In this document: piece by piece, positions 19,829-29,317 of the stretch
Layout of the letters: every line of letters starts with the position of its first letter
How positions within the stretch are numbered: position 1 is the first letter of the stretch
Notes under the pieces: generated by a model
The model's database searches: none
Seen by the model: only the letters and a program-made list of their open reading frames with translations
What the model was told of the DNA's origin: nothing
Virus record (IMG/VR): IMGVR_UViG_3300030103_005357
Span: 41,624-105,623 of that record
From: a virus
Reading direction: 5' to 3' (one strand)
DNA length: 64,000 nucleotides
Program-made: the position numbers and the translations under genes

Positions 19829-20050
19829 ATGGAGAATCTTAAAAGAGAGTCTGGTAAGTGGGTCGTAACCTTTGGCAAATATAAAAATTGTTGTTTAAAA
19901 AAAGTTCCCACCCATTACCTTGAATGGGTTCTTAAAAATTTTAAAGATTTATCTATTAAGGAATTGAATGTTATTAGAGGGACCGTTTCAGGTAGGAAAG
20001 GACAAATTAAAAAGCACAAAAAAAATAAGACCCGTTCGTCTAATGGTTAG
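19829..20050 (+). CDS. Small FGKYK-motif protein (DUF3820-like)
   Basis: TFGKYK...VPTHYLEW; 3' end overlaps tRNA-Glu. Confidence 0.55.
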   Translation: MENLKRESGKWVVTFGKYKNCCLKKVPTHYLEWVLKNFKDLSIKELNVIRGTVSGRKGQIKKHKKNKTRSSNG

Positions 20051-20103
20051 GACTCCAGATTTTCATTCTGGCAATAGGGGTTCGATCCCCCTACGGGTTG
20101 CCA
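20029..20103 (+). tRNA. tRNA-Glu(TTC)
   Basis: GACCCGT/ACGGGTT acceptor, CCAGA-TT TTC AT-TCTGG, T-arm, encoded CCA. Confidence 0.93.
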
Positions 20104-20125
20104 ACTTTAAAAAAACTAATAAAAA

Positions 20126-20488
20126 ATGAGACTAAGTAAAGCATTATTTACACTTGTAGCCTTAGTAATTTTAATAACACCAGCAATAGGGGAGACAAAA
20201 TATACTTCAATAATGACTGGAGTATCAGTTGGCAAAGGTAGAGTTCATATCTGGGAGGTATTGACAAAAACATTTAAGGCATCTCAAATCCGTATCAAAA
20301 AAGGAGAAGAGCGTAAGCCTGTTAGATGGGCTACAATTCCGAGCTATGTGACCGTAACGTTTACATCTAAAGATAAGACGATTACAAGAACGAAAGTAGA
20401 TAAAGCACTCAACATACTGAATTTTTCAGGTACTCCATACCTTGTATGGACGGTAAAGAAAGAAGAGCAAAAAATTAATAAAAAATAA
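20126..20488 (+). CDS. Secreted hypothetical protein
   Basis: Signal peptide MRLSKALFTLVALVILITPAIG. Confidence 0.6.
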   Translation: MRLSKALFTLVALVILITPAIGETKYTSIMTGVSVGKGRVHIWEVLTKTFKASQIRIKKGEERKPVRWATIPSYVTVTFTSKDKTITRTKVDKALNILNFSGTPYLVWTVKKEEQKINKK

Positions 20489-20489
20489 T

Positions 20490-20693
20490 ATGAATGCACA
20501 TTTAAAAGCAATTAAGAAAAAGCACGAAGCTCTTGGAGATATCGCCAGAGCAGATCTAGAAACCTATTTGAATAATCAAGTAGCTATCGGAGAACATCCT
20601 GATCTGGGCGTAGAAATCGAAAAGAAAGTAGAAACTATCGCTCATCATAATGAAGTAGTTGAAACAATTAATGATCTTATTTCAGGTCATTAA
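20490..20693 (+). CDS. Hypothetical protein
   Basis: YLNNQVAIGEHPD pattern, 67 aa. Confidence 0.6.
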   Translation: MNAHLKAIKKKHEALGDIARADLETYLNNQVAIGEHPDLGVEIEKKVETIAHHNEVVETINDLISGH

Positions 20694-20702
20694 TATATTT
20701 AA

Positions 20703-20778
20703 GCGCTTGTAGCTCAGTGGTTAGAGCAGGGGTCTCATAAACCCTTGGCCGTGAGTTCAAATCTCACCGAGCGCACCA
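20703..20778 (+). tRNA. tRNA with CAT anticodon (Ile2-lysidine or elongator Met)
   Basis: GCGCTTG/CGAGCGC acceptor, GGGGT-CT CAT AA-ACCCT, encoded CCA; paired 1-72 argues against initiator. Confidence 0.9.
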
Positions 20779-20819
20779 TTTTTAATTAGATAAATTTATA
20801 TACGAAGGTATAATCAATT

Positions 20820-21929
20820 ATGAAACCTGTTTCTCTTCACTGCTCTAAACAAATTGATGACCTTCTAGATGAATCTATGACTATGGAGGCTAACGGCAAG
20901 GTGTTCGCCTCTCAAGATCATGCAGGCCCCGCTTACGTTAGGAACCCTGACTTATGGTGTAGAGATCTAGATATTACATGTGTGTCTCCTTGGAATAGTA
21001 GTGGTGATCATAAGAAAGCGGGAACACTAGTGACCCCAAGGCATATCATAGGTGCAGCACACTACGAGTATTCTGTGGGGACAGTGGTTAGGTTTGTAGA
21101 GAAAAACGGTTCAGTGCATGAACGAACTGTAACAGGAAAAGCTCGCCATCCCGAATGTAGACGTTACTTTCCAGACTTAACAATATATACTTTAGACAGC
21201 GACCTCCCCTCTACGATAAAACCTTGTTCTGTAATGCCTAGTAATTACAGTGAATATTTAGATAACTTTAGCAGGATACCTAGCCTTGGTCTTGATCAAG
21301 AAGAGAAAGCTCTCATAATAGATTGGCGAGCTGGAGGTAGGATGCAGACACCCGCAGATCCGAAAAGGCTTATTTTTCATGAGAATAAAATCAGTGGTGA
21401 TAGCGGGAATCCTGCATTTTTAATATTCAAAGGTGAGCCTGTTCTTATAACTGTTTGGACATTTGGTGGTGCAGGGGCTGGGACTGCTGTAGCAGATCAT
21501 ATTTCAGATATTAATGGTATGATTGCTACCGCTGACACACGGGCAGGTGTATCGACAAACTATACAGTTACTGAAGCGGATTTTTCAACATACGATAACA
21601 AAGTCTTCGATGCTAAAAAACTTTTTTCTCAATTCGTTGCTGCACTTCGTAAGTTAAGACCTCGGTGGTTTAAGAAAAGTCCCGAAACCAGCGCCGAAAC
21701 CAGTGCCGAAACCAGCGCCGAAACCAGTGCCGAAACGAGTGCTGAATATAGTAGCTCTGAGCCACCTTGGGATACGAGTGCTGAATGCACTTCTAGTGCG
21801 GAATGCACTAGCGCGGAATGCACTCATCCCGAATGCACTAGCGCAGACCAAGCATCTCATTCTTTCCATGTGCAAAACTGGAATGAGACGAGTGCAGAAT
21901 ACACTAGCGCCGAGACCAGTGCCGAATAA
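20820..21929 (+). CDS. Trypsin-like serine protease with C-terminal TSAE repeats
   Basis: GTLVTPRHIIGAAH (His), PDL (Asp), GDSG (Ser). Confidence 0.7.
   Translation: MKPVSLHCSKQIDDLLDESMTMEANGKVFASQDHAGPAYVRNPDLWCRDLDITCVSPWNSSGDHKKAGTLVTPRHIIGAAHYEYSVGTVVRFVEKNGSVHERTVTGKARHPECRRYFPDLTIYTLDSDLPSTIKPCSVMPSNYSEYLDNFSRIPSLGLDQEEKALIIDWRAGGRMQTPADPKRLIFHENKISGDSGNPAFLIFKGEPVLITVWTFGGAGAGTAVADHISDINGMIATADTRAGVSTNYTVTEADFSTYDNKVFDAKKLFSQFVAALRKLRPRWFKKSPETSAETSAETSAETSAETSAEYSSSEPPWDTSAECTSSAECTSAECTHPECTSADQASHSFHVQNWNETSAEYTSAETSAE
21682..21926 (+). repeat. Coding tandem repeats (12-nt GAAACCAGYGCC; 15-nt GAATGCACTAGCGCG-like)
   Basis: Encodes (ETSA)5 and (ECTSA)n. Confidence 0.9.
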
Positions 21930-21986
21930 AGGTAATATAAAATTATTTTAAATAATAAAAATAGTAGTAATTAATCTTTTAACTAC

Positions 21987-22601
21987 ATGGAAAGTAAAAT
22001 CAACACTAATACAATTAATACATTTGCAATAATTCTATCTTGTGAAAAATATAAAGACAAAAAACTCTCCCAAGATACCACTAGGCTTGGGGATCATATG
22101 TACTTCATAGGGAATCCTCAATTATCTTCCCCTATGATTGAAGGTGATGTTGTCTATTTACCTTGCCCAGACAATTATGAGAGCTTACCTATTAAAACTT
22201 TAATGGCTGTTAAGTGGGCTTTTGAAAATAAAGATTTTGACTTATTGATAAAAACAGATGATGATGTTTACTTCTTAGATGGTTTTGATGAAATCGTTAA
22301 TGAGGCATCTGTCCATGATTATTCTGGTTTTCTGAGAAGTGGTGGTTATATGTCTAATTGGCACTTTGGTAAATGCGAGAATCAAGAATTAAATAATTTA
22401 CCTCACGCCGTTCCAGAAGTAGTATATTGTGATGGCCCATTATACTTCTTGTCTAGAAAATCTGCTGCCCATTTAGTAAATCATGGGATTAGAAGAAATT
22501 TATATATGTATGAAGATGCAGAGGTTGGAGAGTTATTAAGAAGGTCTGGAATTATTGCAAGGCAAATCCAAATTAAGTACGGGGTTTATTGGCCGAAATA
22601 A
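21987..22601 (+). CDS. Galactosyltransferase-like (GT31)
   Basis: DNYESLPIKT, KTDDD, YFLSR, YEDAEVG. Confidence 0.8.
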   Translation: MESKINTNTINTFAIILSCEKYKDKKLSQDTTRLGDHMYFIGNPQLSSPMIEGDVVYLPCPDNYESLPIKTLMAVKWAFENKDFDLLIKTDDDVYFLDGFDEIVNEASVHDYSGFLRSGGYMSNWHFGKCENQELNNLPHAVPEVVYCDGPLYFLSRKSAAHLVNHGIRRNLYMYEDAEVGELLRRSGIIARQIQIKYGVYWPK

Positions 22602-23271
22602 TCTTGAATCACATAACGTGATACCTCAAAAATTACATCAAGTTTGGTTAGGTCATAATCACATACCTGAAGAATTTGTAAAGTTTACAAGTAACTGGAG
22701 GAAGCTGCATCCTGACTGGCAATATAAATTATGGACAGAGGAGACCATATCAAACAAACCACAAATTAAAAACTTGGTTGATAAGTGCGAGGCGTTTTCA
22801 TCTAAATCAAATGTAGTTAGATTATATGCGGTTTACTTGGAGGGTGGAGTTTATGCAGACATGGACATTGATTGGTTCCGCAACTTTGATGAACTATTAA
22901 ATGTTAATTCCTTTGCATCGCCCGAAACAAATAAGACTAATAAAGAATTAGGACTTAAAGATTTTCACATAAATTACTCTAAACTATTTTGCAATGCAAT
23001 TTTCGGTGCGGTTACTAAAAGTGAGTGGGTAAATTGGCAAATAAAACAATTATCTGAGATGGTATCTGAGAAGCCGCCTTGGGGTCCAACCTTAATGACC
23101 AATGCTGTTGAGGCATTTAAAAATACGAATGATTTTCAAGAATACCCATCAACGTATTTTTATCCATATTTTTGGAATGAAGAATATACAAAGTCTGAAG
23201 ATTTTAAAAATAAAAATAAAGAGTCATATGTAGTCCATCATTGGGAAAGTTCGTGGGATCAAAAAAAATAA
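22555..23271 (+). CDS. DXD glycosyltransferase (GT32 / OCH1-like)
   Basis: IPQKLHQVW, HPDWQYKLW, EGGVYADMD, GP, HHWESSW. Confidence 0.85.
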   Translation: MQGKSKLSTGFIGRNNLESHNVIPQKLHQVWLGHNHIPEEFVKFTSNWRKLHPDWQYKLWTEETISNKPQIKNLVDKCEAFSSKSNVVRLYAVYLEGGVYADMDIDWFRNFDELLNVNSFASPETNKTNKELGLKDFHINYSKLFCNAIFGAVTKSEWVNWQIKQLSEMVSEKPPWGPTLMTNAVEAFKNTNDFQEYPSTYFYPYFWNEEYTKSEDFKNKNKESYVVHHWESSWDQKK

Positions 23272-23276
23272 CAATC

Positions 23277-23837
23277 ATGATTTTTAAAGCGCGAAATAAA
23301 ATAGTACAATATTGTCCAACCCCAAAATGCGGTTGTACATCAACTAAAGTGATGATCCGCAAAGGGATAGAAGGTATTATTGATTATCAAAATAATATTC
23401 ACGCTAGATTTAGCACAAAGACATTTAAAGCGGTAGATGCGGATATTAAATTTTGTATAGTCAGAGATCCTGTGAGTAGGTTTTTGTCATGCTATACAAA
23501 CAGAATTTGCCGACATCACGATATTGAATTTGTAGAACTCGATGAGTTTATTAACAATTTTCATGATAAATACTATAGATTAGATAAAAATATGCATCAT
23601 CATTTTCGACCACAGGTTGATTTTATAGGCCATTGCCCTAGCTACTATAATAAAGTCTTTTATTTGCATGAAATGTCTTTAGTGTCGCAATTCTTAAGTG
23701 AAATCATGGGGAAGTCAATAAAATTAGAAAAACTAAATCCCGTTCAGGCAGAAAAACCAATCCCAACTGAAAGCCAAATTGATTTCATAAAGTCGTTTTA
23801 CGAAGATGATTATAAATTTTTGGACAAGATAAAGTAA
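23277..23837 (+). CDS. Sulfotransferase family protein
   Basis: PKCGCTS, VRDPVSRFLSCY, HFRPQ, YEDDY; start adjusted. Confidence 0.85.
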   Translation: MIFKARNKIVQYCPTPKCGCTSTKVMIRKGIEGIIDYQNNIHARFSTKTFKAVDADIKFCIVRDPVSRFLSCYTNRICRHHDIEFVELDEFINNFHDKYYRLDKNMHHHFRPQVDFIGHCPSYYNKVFYLHEMSLVSQFLSEIMGKSIKLEKLNPVQAEKPIPTESQIDFIKSFYEDDYKFLDKIK

Positions 23838-23896
23838 AAATAACTAAAAGAGTCTTGGAATAATCTATAAAACGCAGTAATATAAATATAGATACG

Positions 23897-24529
23897 ATGA
23901 AATTTAAAGGAAAAACCGATATCGTTAAAGAAGTCCAAGGTAAACTTGGCCTTAAAGCTGACGGGATTGATGGCCCTGCTACATGGAAGATGATTTGGGA
24001 GAATCTAGTTCATGATGATAAAGGTGAACCAGAAAAGCCAGAGCCTCCAGCTCAAGAACTTAAAGATGATTACCCTGAAGTTTACAAAGCGTCACCAAAC
24101 CAGTCTGGACCCATCAAACCTAAGTATGTGATTCTGCATCATAGCAGTGGAAGTCATGATGGGACTCGTTCATGGATTTTAAATTCTGCGTCTAAGGTTA
24201 GTTATCACTATCTTATTGCGCCTGATGGATCTCGCACACAATTTGTTTATGATAAAAAAAGAGCTTGGCATGCTGGGAGATCTTCTTGGAAAGGTGTAAG
24301 CGGTCTAAATGGTCATAGTATCGGCATTTCTTTCTATGGGGATACCAACAAACGCACACCAAGTGCTGCTGAAATTGATTCCGCTGCCAAGAAATGCAAA
24401 TACCTTATGGATAAATTTGGTTTTGGTATTGACAATATTCTGACGCATGAGATGATTGCCCCCAACAGAAAGAATGATACTTCTGCTGCTACCTACCAAA
24501 TGGTTATTGATCGCATAAAGGATCTTTAA
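23897..24529 (+). CDS. N-acetylmuramoyl-L-alanine amidase (endolysin) with N-terminal PG-binding motif
   Basis: ADGIDGPAT; ILHH, SYHYLI, RAWHAG, SIGI, LTHEMIAPNRKND. Confidence 0.9.
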   Translation: MKFKGKTDIVKEVQGKLGLKADGIDGPATWKMIWENLVHDDKGEPEKPEPPAQELKDDYPEVYKASPNQSGPIKPKYVILHHSSGSHDGTRSWILNSASKVSYHYLIAPDGSRTQFVYDKKRAWHAGRSSWKGVSGLNGHSIGISFYGDTNKRTPSAAEIDSAAKKCKYLMDKFGFGIDNILTHEMIAPNRKNDTSAATYQMVIDRIKDL

Positions 24530-24604
24530 CATGAACATATACTCAATCTTCGAAGCGATAGCGCATATCATTCGTGTAATTACTGAACTCCTTAACTTTT
24601 TCAA

Positions 24605-25096
24605 ATGAGTAATTTTAAAAATTCAGAAAGCTGGAAAAGAGGGCAGAAGGTCGAAGCTTTATTTGGTTCCTGTTTAGAAAAGAGGGGCATCAAGTATCGC
24701 CCTGCGTCCAGAACAGAACAAATCAAACAGCATATTGATTTCCACACTGACGTAGGCACTGTTGATGTGAAAGCGATGAAGAATGTTAATCGCAAGGATT
24801 ATAATCCTCAACAAGATCTTGTTTGGTTAGAGTTTAAGAATGTTGGAGGTAATACAGGATGGCTGTGTTCTAATGTAGATTATATAGCTTTTGAGCGTTT
24901 ACATGATTTTGTGATTGTTAATCGTCAAGCTCTCCTAGAGTTAGCTAAAAATTTATGTGATTTAGTAAATATTACTAGACAGGGCGGTATGAAAGCTTTA
25001 TACAGAGGGTATCAAAGGCAGGGGCGTAAAGACATTATCTCAATGATCAAAATGAGCGACATCTTAACCTTGCCTCATAAGTCGATTCCAAAGTAA
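24605..25096 (+). CDS. PD-(D/E)XK nuclease-like protein
   Basis: G..VE, HIDF, VDVK, WLEFKNV.G..GW. Confidence 0.65.
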   Translation: MSNFKNSESWKRGQKVEALFGSCLEKRGIKYRPASRTEQIKQHIDFHTDVGTVDVKAMKNVNRKDYNPQQDLVWLEFKNVGGNTGWLCSNVDYIAFERLHDFVIVNRQALLELAKNLCDLVNITRQGGMKALYRGYQRQGRKDIISMIKMSDILTLPHKSIPK

Positions 25097-25099
25097 AAC

Positions 25100-25774
25100 A
25101 TGGCCCTCAAGGACGATTACCTCATAAAGAAGATAACATACCAAGATGCGATGGAAATCGTCGTGAATAAGCATTATATGGGTAGAAAAGGCCCATGTAG
25201 TCATGCTTTTGGTTTATTTGAGAGGGGTACATCACATGAGCAACTAGATCTTTTTGATAATAACAAAGATAAGCTTGTAGGAGTCATTACATATGGGGTT
25301 AGTGCTAGCTCTACTCTTTTAAGAGGTGTTTGCGGTGAAGAAGAAGCTAAAAATGTTTATGAACTTACCCGTTTGTGGATTGAAGATAGCACACCAAAGA
25401 ATGCAGAAAGCTTTTTTATTGGTAATACTATCAAGACATTAGACAGAGAGGTCATTGTTTCTTTCTCTGAGATAGCTCAAGGGCATGTTGGAACAGTTTA
25501 TCAGGCATCAAATTTCTTTTATTGTGGTCTTAGTGCTAAGTTTAGAGATCCCAAAGTAAAAGGGCTAGAGAATAAACATCATACAAGCTATGCTCACGGG
25601 ATGAATATGGCTCAAGTCAGAGAAAAATATGGTGCGGAGAACGTCTATTATGTTGACAGACCTCGCAAACATCGTTACGTTTTCTTTAACGCTAAGAAGA
25701 AAAGACGTAAAGAACTACTTGGTAAACTAAATTACAAAATAGAGCCTTACCCAAAAAGCCCAGATCGAGCGTGA
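25100..25774 (+). CDS. Mom-like GNAT DNA-modification acetyltransferase
   Basis: KHY, YELTRLW, PKNAESFFIG, GHVGTVYQASNF..G, KHRY. Confidence 0.75.
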   Translation: MALKDDYLIKKITYQDAMEIVVNKHYMGRKGPCSHAFGLFERGTSHEQLDLFDNNKDKLVGVITYGVSASSTLLRGVCGEEEAKNVYELTRLWIEDSTPKNAESFFIGNTIKTLDREVIVSFSEIAQGHVGTVYQASNFFYCGLSAKFRDPKVKGLENKHHTSYAHGMNMAQVREKYGAENVYYVDRPRKHRYVFFNAKKKRRKELLGKLNYKIEPYPKSPDRA

Positions 25775-25885
25775 TTTTGCCAAATATGCAATGTGATTTT
25801 TAATCGAAACAAAATTTTAAAACTTTTGCTAAAAAAAAATACTAATCCTTCTTATTATTAAAAAATTAAAACATTTTCTTAAATT

Positions 25886-26143
25886 ATGATACACAAAATA
25901 CAAGAACTTATTATTTTTTTAAGTGCCATTGCAATTGGTATTCCACTAGGGTTAATCGTAGGATTAATTTGTTGGTTTAAATTTCCTTTTCAAATCTATT
26001 GGGAGGCTCGATCTAAGTTGGCAGAGAGCAGAATCGAGAAGGCAAAACAGCTTATAGAACAATATGAAAAAGATAATTCCAACGAGGGAATGTGGGAAAG
26101 ACATATAGAAAGAATAAAATCTAAAGAAAATTATGACAACTGA
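25886..26143 (+). CDS. Membrane protein
   Basis: Hydrophobic N-terminal segment. Confidence 0.55.
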   Translation: MIHKIQELIIFLSAIAIGIPLGLIVGLICWFKFPFQIYWEARSKLAESRIEKAKQLIEQYEKDNSNEGMWERHIERIKSKENYDN

Positions 26144-26474
26144 AGAGCTATTAAAACTGCATAAAGATACCTGTGAAACTTGCAGGGATATTATGAGACA
26201 AAAAAATAACGATTATACTGGAGGGAAGACTTCGAAAGATCCTTTCGCTAATTTTAACGCTGCATCCGTCCTTGGGATTGATCCAGTGCAAGGCTTACTG
26301 CTTAGAGTAATCGATAAGATTCAAAGGATTAGGTCTTTTACAAATGACAAGGAGTTGAAGGTATCAAATGAGAGTGTTGAAGATGCTTGTGATGACATTG
26401 TTAATTATGCAATTTTAGCAAAGGCAATGCTCATGGAACAAAGAAGTCGTATAAGCTACCCAGAATTTGAATAA
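26133..26474 (+). CDS. Nucleotide-modification-associated alpha-helical protein (DUF1599-like)
   Basis: KNNDY...DPFANF...R..DK..RI...ESVEDA..D..NYA. Confidence 0.7.
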   Translation: MTTEELLKLHKDTCETCRDIMRQKNNDYTGGKTSKDPFANFNAASVLGIDPVQGLLLRVIDKIQRIRSFTNDKELKVSNESVEDACDDIVNYAILAKAMLMEQRSRISYPEFE

Positions 26475-26608
26475 AAAATATTAAATATTCATTTGTTGGC
26501 ACATAGCCCGTCCCCGTTTTTTTGTTTTGAGGGGGCGGGTTATTTGTTTGTAGATCCTTGCCTAAAACTCTGGCCTGAAAAATAATTCATATTTTAATCA
26601 AAAAAATG

Positions 26609-26637
26609 TTGACCTACCCAAACTCCAAGGTTAATCT
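26609..26637 (+). promoter_or_regulatory. Sigma70-type promoter, near-leaderless
   Basis: TTGACC-17-TAATCT, 9 nt before ATG 26647. Confidence 0.7.
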
Positions 26638-26646
26638 ACCTCCGTT

Positions 26647-26883
26647 ATGAGTAATACACCAAAAAGAGGTCGTGGTCGCCCCAAGGGTTCGACCAGTTTC
26701 GTCAGCATCAAACTCGCTGATCTTATCAACAATCTTGGCCCCAATGCCAATGTATCAGTCAGTAAAAAGTGGCTTGATTCGATTGGTATCGAGATCCAAG
26801 AGTCATCTGCTCCATCTATGGTTGTCTCTTCGATCACTGATGAGCCTGAAGCTGTAGAAAACATTCAATTCCAAATCCACTAA
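26647..26883 (+). CDS. AT-hook DNA-binding protein
   Basis: PKRGRGRPKGS. Confidence 0.7.
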   Translation: MSNTPKRGRGRPKGSTSFVSIKLADLINNLGPNANVSVSKKWLDSIGIEIQESSAPSMVVSSITDEPEAVENIQFQIH

Positions 26884-26886
26884 GTC

Positions 26887-27789
26887 ATGTTTGAAAAACT
26901 TGTAGGCCAGAGTGAAGTCAAGGGTCGCCTTGGCTTCTACGCCAAAGCTCACAAGGCTGGCTCTATCATTCCACCCATCATGCTCAACGGAGCTAAAGGT
27001 TTGGGTAAGACTGAGTTCGCAAAGGAATTTGCTAGCGGAATCGAAAGAAAACTTCTTGAGATTAACTGCGGGACGATCCGCAATGCTCAACAGTTTTTTG
27101 AACAGGTCTTCATGCCAGCTATCGCTGGAGAGGAGATTACTGTTCTTTTCGATGAGTGCCATGCCTTACCTAAAGATTTGGTTGAAGTGTTCTTGACGGT
27201 ATTCAATAGCGAGGGAGCTAAGAGTAAGCAGGTTTCTATTGGAGAAGGCTTCGCTACATTCGACTTCGTAAAGCAGAATTTCTTGTTTGCTACTACTGAA
27301 CTCCACAAGATCTTCGATCCACTTAAGGATCGCATGACTATTGTAGATTTCAAGCCTTATGTCTCCAAGGAGCTTGCTCATATCATTCAGAAGAAGATTG
27401 ATTGGGTTCAGTTCGACGGGGATGTTCTTGAGCAGATCGCTGAAACGGTTCGTGGCAATGCCCGTAGCGCAATCAAAAGAGCTTTGGAAATCAAAGCATT
27501 CTGCGAGATCAATAACAATCCAAAGGTGGACGCTAAAGCTTGGCTCCAAATGAAACAAATCTTGGGTATCAAACCACATGGTCTAACCAACCTTGAAGTC
27601 CAGATCCTTGACGTTCTCAAATCCAACGGCCCTAGCTCTCTCCAGATGCTATCGGCTGTTACTGGGATGTCCCGCTCTGCCATCCAGCTTGATGCAGAAA
27701 ACAACCTCCTTCGTAGCGGGTTCATGGAGATCGATGGTAAACGTAAGATCACAAACAAGGGGACAAAGATGTTGAAGGAGTTAGCATGA
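26887..27789 (+). CDS. ruvB: RuvB-like Holliday junction branch migration AAA+ ATPase
   Basis: Walker A GAKGLGKT, Walker B FDECH, ATT, PLKDR, RGNAR, C-terminal winged helix. Confidence 0.8.
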   Translation: MFEKLVGQSEVKGRLGFYAKAHKAGSIIPPIMLNGAKGLGKTEFAKEFASGIERKLLEINCGTIRNAQQFFEQVFMPAIAGEEITVLFDECHALPKDLVEVFLTVFNSEGAKSKQVSIGEGFATFDFVKQNFLFATTELHKIFDPLKDRMTIVDFKPYVSKELAHIIQKKIDWVQFDGDVLEQIAETVRGNARSAIKRALEIKAFCEINNNPKVDAKAWLQMKQILGIKPHGLTNLEVQILDVLKSNGPSSLQMLSAVTGMSRSAIQLDAENNLLRSGFMEIDGKRKITNKGTKMLKELA

Positions 27790-28157
27790 AGTATGTAGTA
27801 TCACAATGGGGAACTGGTCTATCAGTCGGAATGATTGGTAGGCCAGAGGAGGTGGAGCAAGATAAGAACTTGGCTCATAATATATTTGGGGCTAGATCAT
27901 ATGATGATGTGTTTAATGGGCGCATCAATTTCAGTAGTATTTTTTATTTTTATAAATTCTTGCTCTATAAATATGCCCTCCCATACATGTTCGAACATGG
28001 CTGCTCCCTTCGATCATCGATCAAAGCTACCAAAGCGTTCGCTAAGAACCACACCATCATCAAAGAGAACTTCATGTTTCAGATAAGCAGGTTACCAGTA
28101 GTCTACAATATAGGATTATATAATGATGGGGACTTTGGGTATGAGTATGAAGATTGA
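27786..28157 (+). CDS. Hypothetical protein
   Basis: 123-aa ORF overlapping ruvB stop (ATGA). Confidence 0.55.
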   Translation: MKYVVSQWGTGLSVGMIGRPEEVEQDKNLAHNIFGARSYDDVFNGRINFSSIFYFYKFLLYKYALPYMFEHGCSLRSSIKATKAFAKNHTIIKENFMFQISRLPVVYNIGLYNDGDFGYEYED

Positions 28158-28682
28158 TAGTCGGGGCTGTGATATATAATATTGTTCATTTGTAATTACA
28201 AAATTCTTTTGTTTGTTACATATTGTAGTGTCGGACACTAAAACCACAACATATAGTATAGTTTTAGGTCCATATACCTACTGCACCAATCCCCTCCCAT
28301 CGTCGCCTATCCCCCATACCTACAACATAAACTACACAACATACTAAGTAAAGATATAAGGGAGAATAATAGAGGAAAGACTGGAGGAATGGGTGTTCAA
28401 ATACTGGATGTGGATTACCCTTTTTAATTAAATAAAAATAATATAAATTCCACACACAATAGTTTTCCTTGATTCTAAAGGATTTGCGGCCCTTTTGTTT
28501 GACGTAGCTGCCGCAGTGAGGTTGGTCTTTTTACTTCGCTTCAGTAAACCCAAACAAAAAAAATTATAAAAAAAGTCAATTTCTGCACGGGGGTAAATAC
28601 AAAAAGTTTTTAAAAGTTTTACCTCACTGCACCAGCCACGTTAAAAAACAATAAAAAAAGTGCAGGTCGGGTGACATTTCGC

Positions 28683-28845
28683 AAATAATAGGTAGGCCCA
28701 GATCGAAAGAGAGCGCCCAAATAATGCAGCGCCCCGAATAAACAAAATCAAAATCAAATAATGCCCAGATCTAATCAAACGGCGTAAATAATGTGATTGC
28801 CCAGATCGAACAAAACAAACTAAATAAACCCAGATCAAATAAAAC
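28683..28845. repeat. Iteron-like short direct repeats in non-coding DNA
   Basis: (G)CCCAGATC at 28696, 28763, 28799, 28829, interleaved with AAATAA. Confidence 0.75.
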
Positions 28846-28915
28846 ACCCCAAATAAGTGTGTGGTTAGCGGGGGCGACCACGTTCGACGATATCCGATTG
28901 TATCCGATTATCTCT

Positions 28916-28992
28916 GTAAGTCATTGAGTAGTAGGGAGTTACGGCGATCCGCGCCAGCGTCCTCCGTAACTCGCTGACAACCAACGAGTTAC
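28916..28992. repeat. Paired-palindrome element R1 (27+23+27 bp)
   Basis: GTAAGTCATTGA-GTA-GTAGGGAGTTAC / GC spacer / GTAACTCGCTGA-CAA-CCAACGAGTTAC. Confidence 0.9.
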
Positions 28993-29006
28993 GAGGATTT
29001 TATTTT

Positions 29007-29192
29007 TTAATTAAAAGATTCTAGAGCTTCTATAGCATCTTGGAATGTGATGTAAGTATTGTTTTCTATATTGTGTTGATTCACCCCTTCAGACCATTCG
29101 GCATATTCTGGCGTTACTTCCGTATAGGGTAGCCCTTCGAAAAAATCGTCGAATTTTTTCCACCCCATCATTCTGTGTTCTTTACCACTCAA
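29007..29192 (-). CDS. Hypothetical protein
   Basis: Last ORF of cassette before R1. Confidence 0.45.
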   Translation of the reverse strand: MSGKEHRMMGWKKFDDFFEGLPYTEVTPEYAEWSEGVNQHNIENNTYITFQDAIEALESFN

Positions 29193-29317
29193 CTGAGTAG
29201 CTGCCTTTGCTGCTAGTCAATTGATGCCACAATCAAGGTCTAGTTTTGCGTCTGGGTTTTGAGTTTTTGCGAACTCCAACAGTTGTTTGTTTGTTATTGT
29301 CATTTGCTTGTATTTTT

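Noticed and set aside
28215-28260. Possible NrdR boxes (CACAACATATAGTA and an inverted partial copy)
   Set aside because: Imperfect match and no ribonucleotide reductase or other gene downstream
28264-28847. ORFs 28264..28455 and 28641..28847
   Set aside because: Low-complexity translations of skewed, repeat-containing non-coding DNA with non-ATG starts
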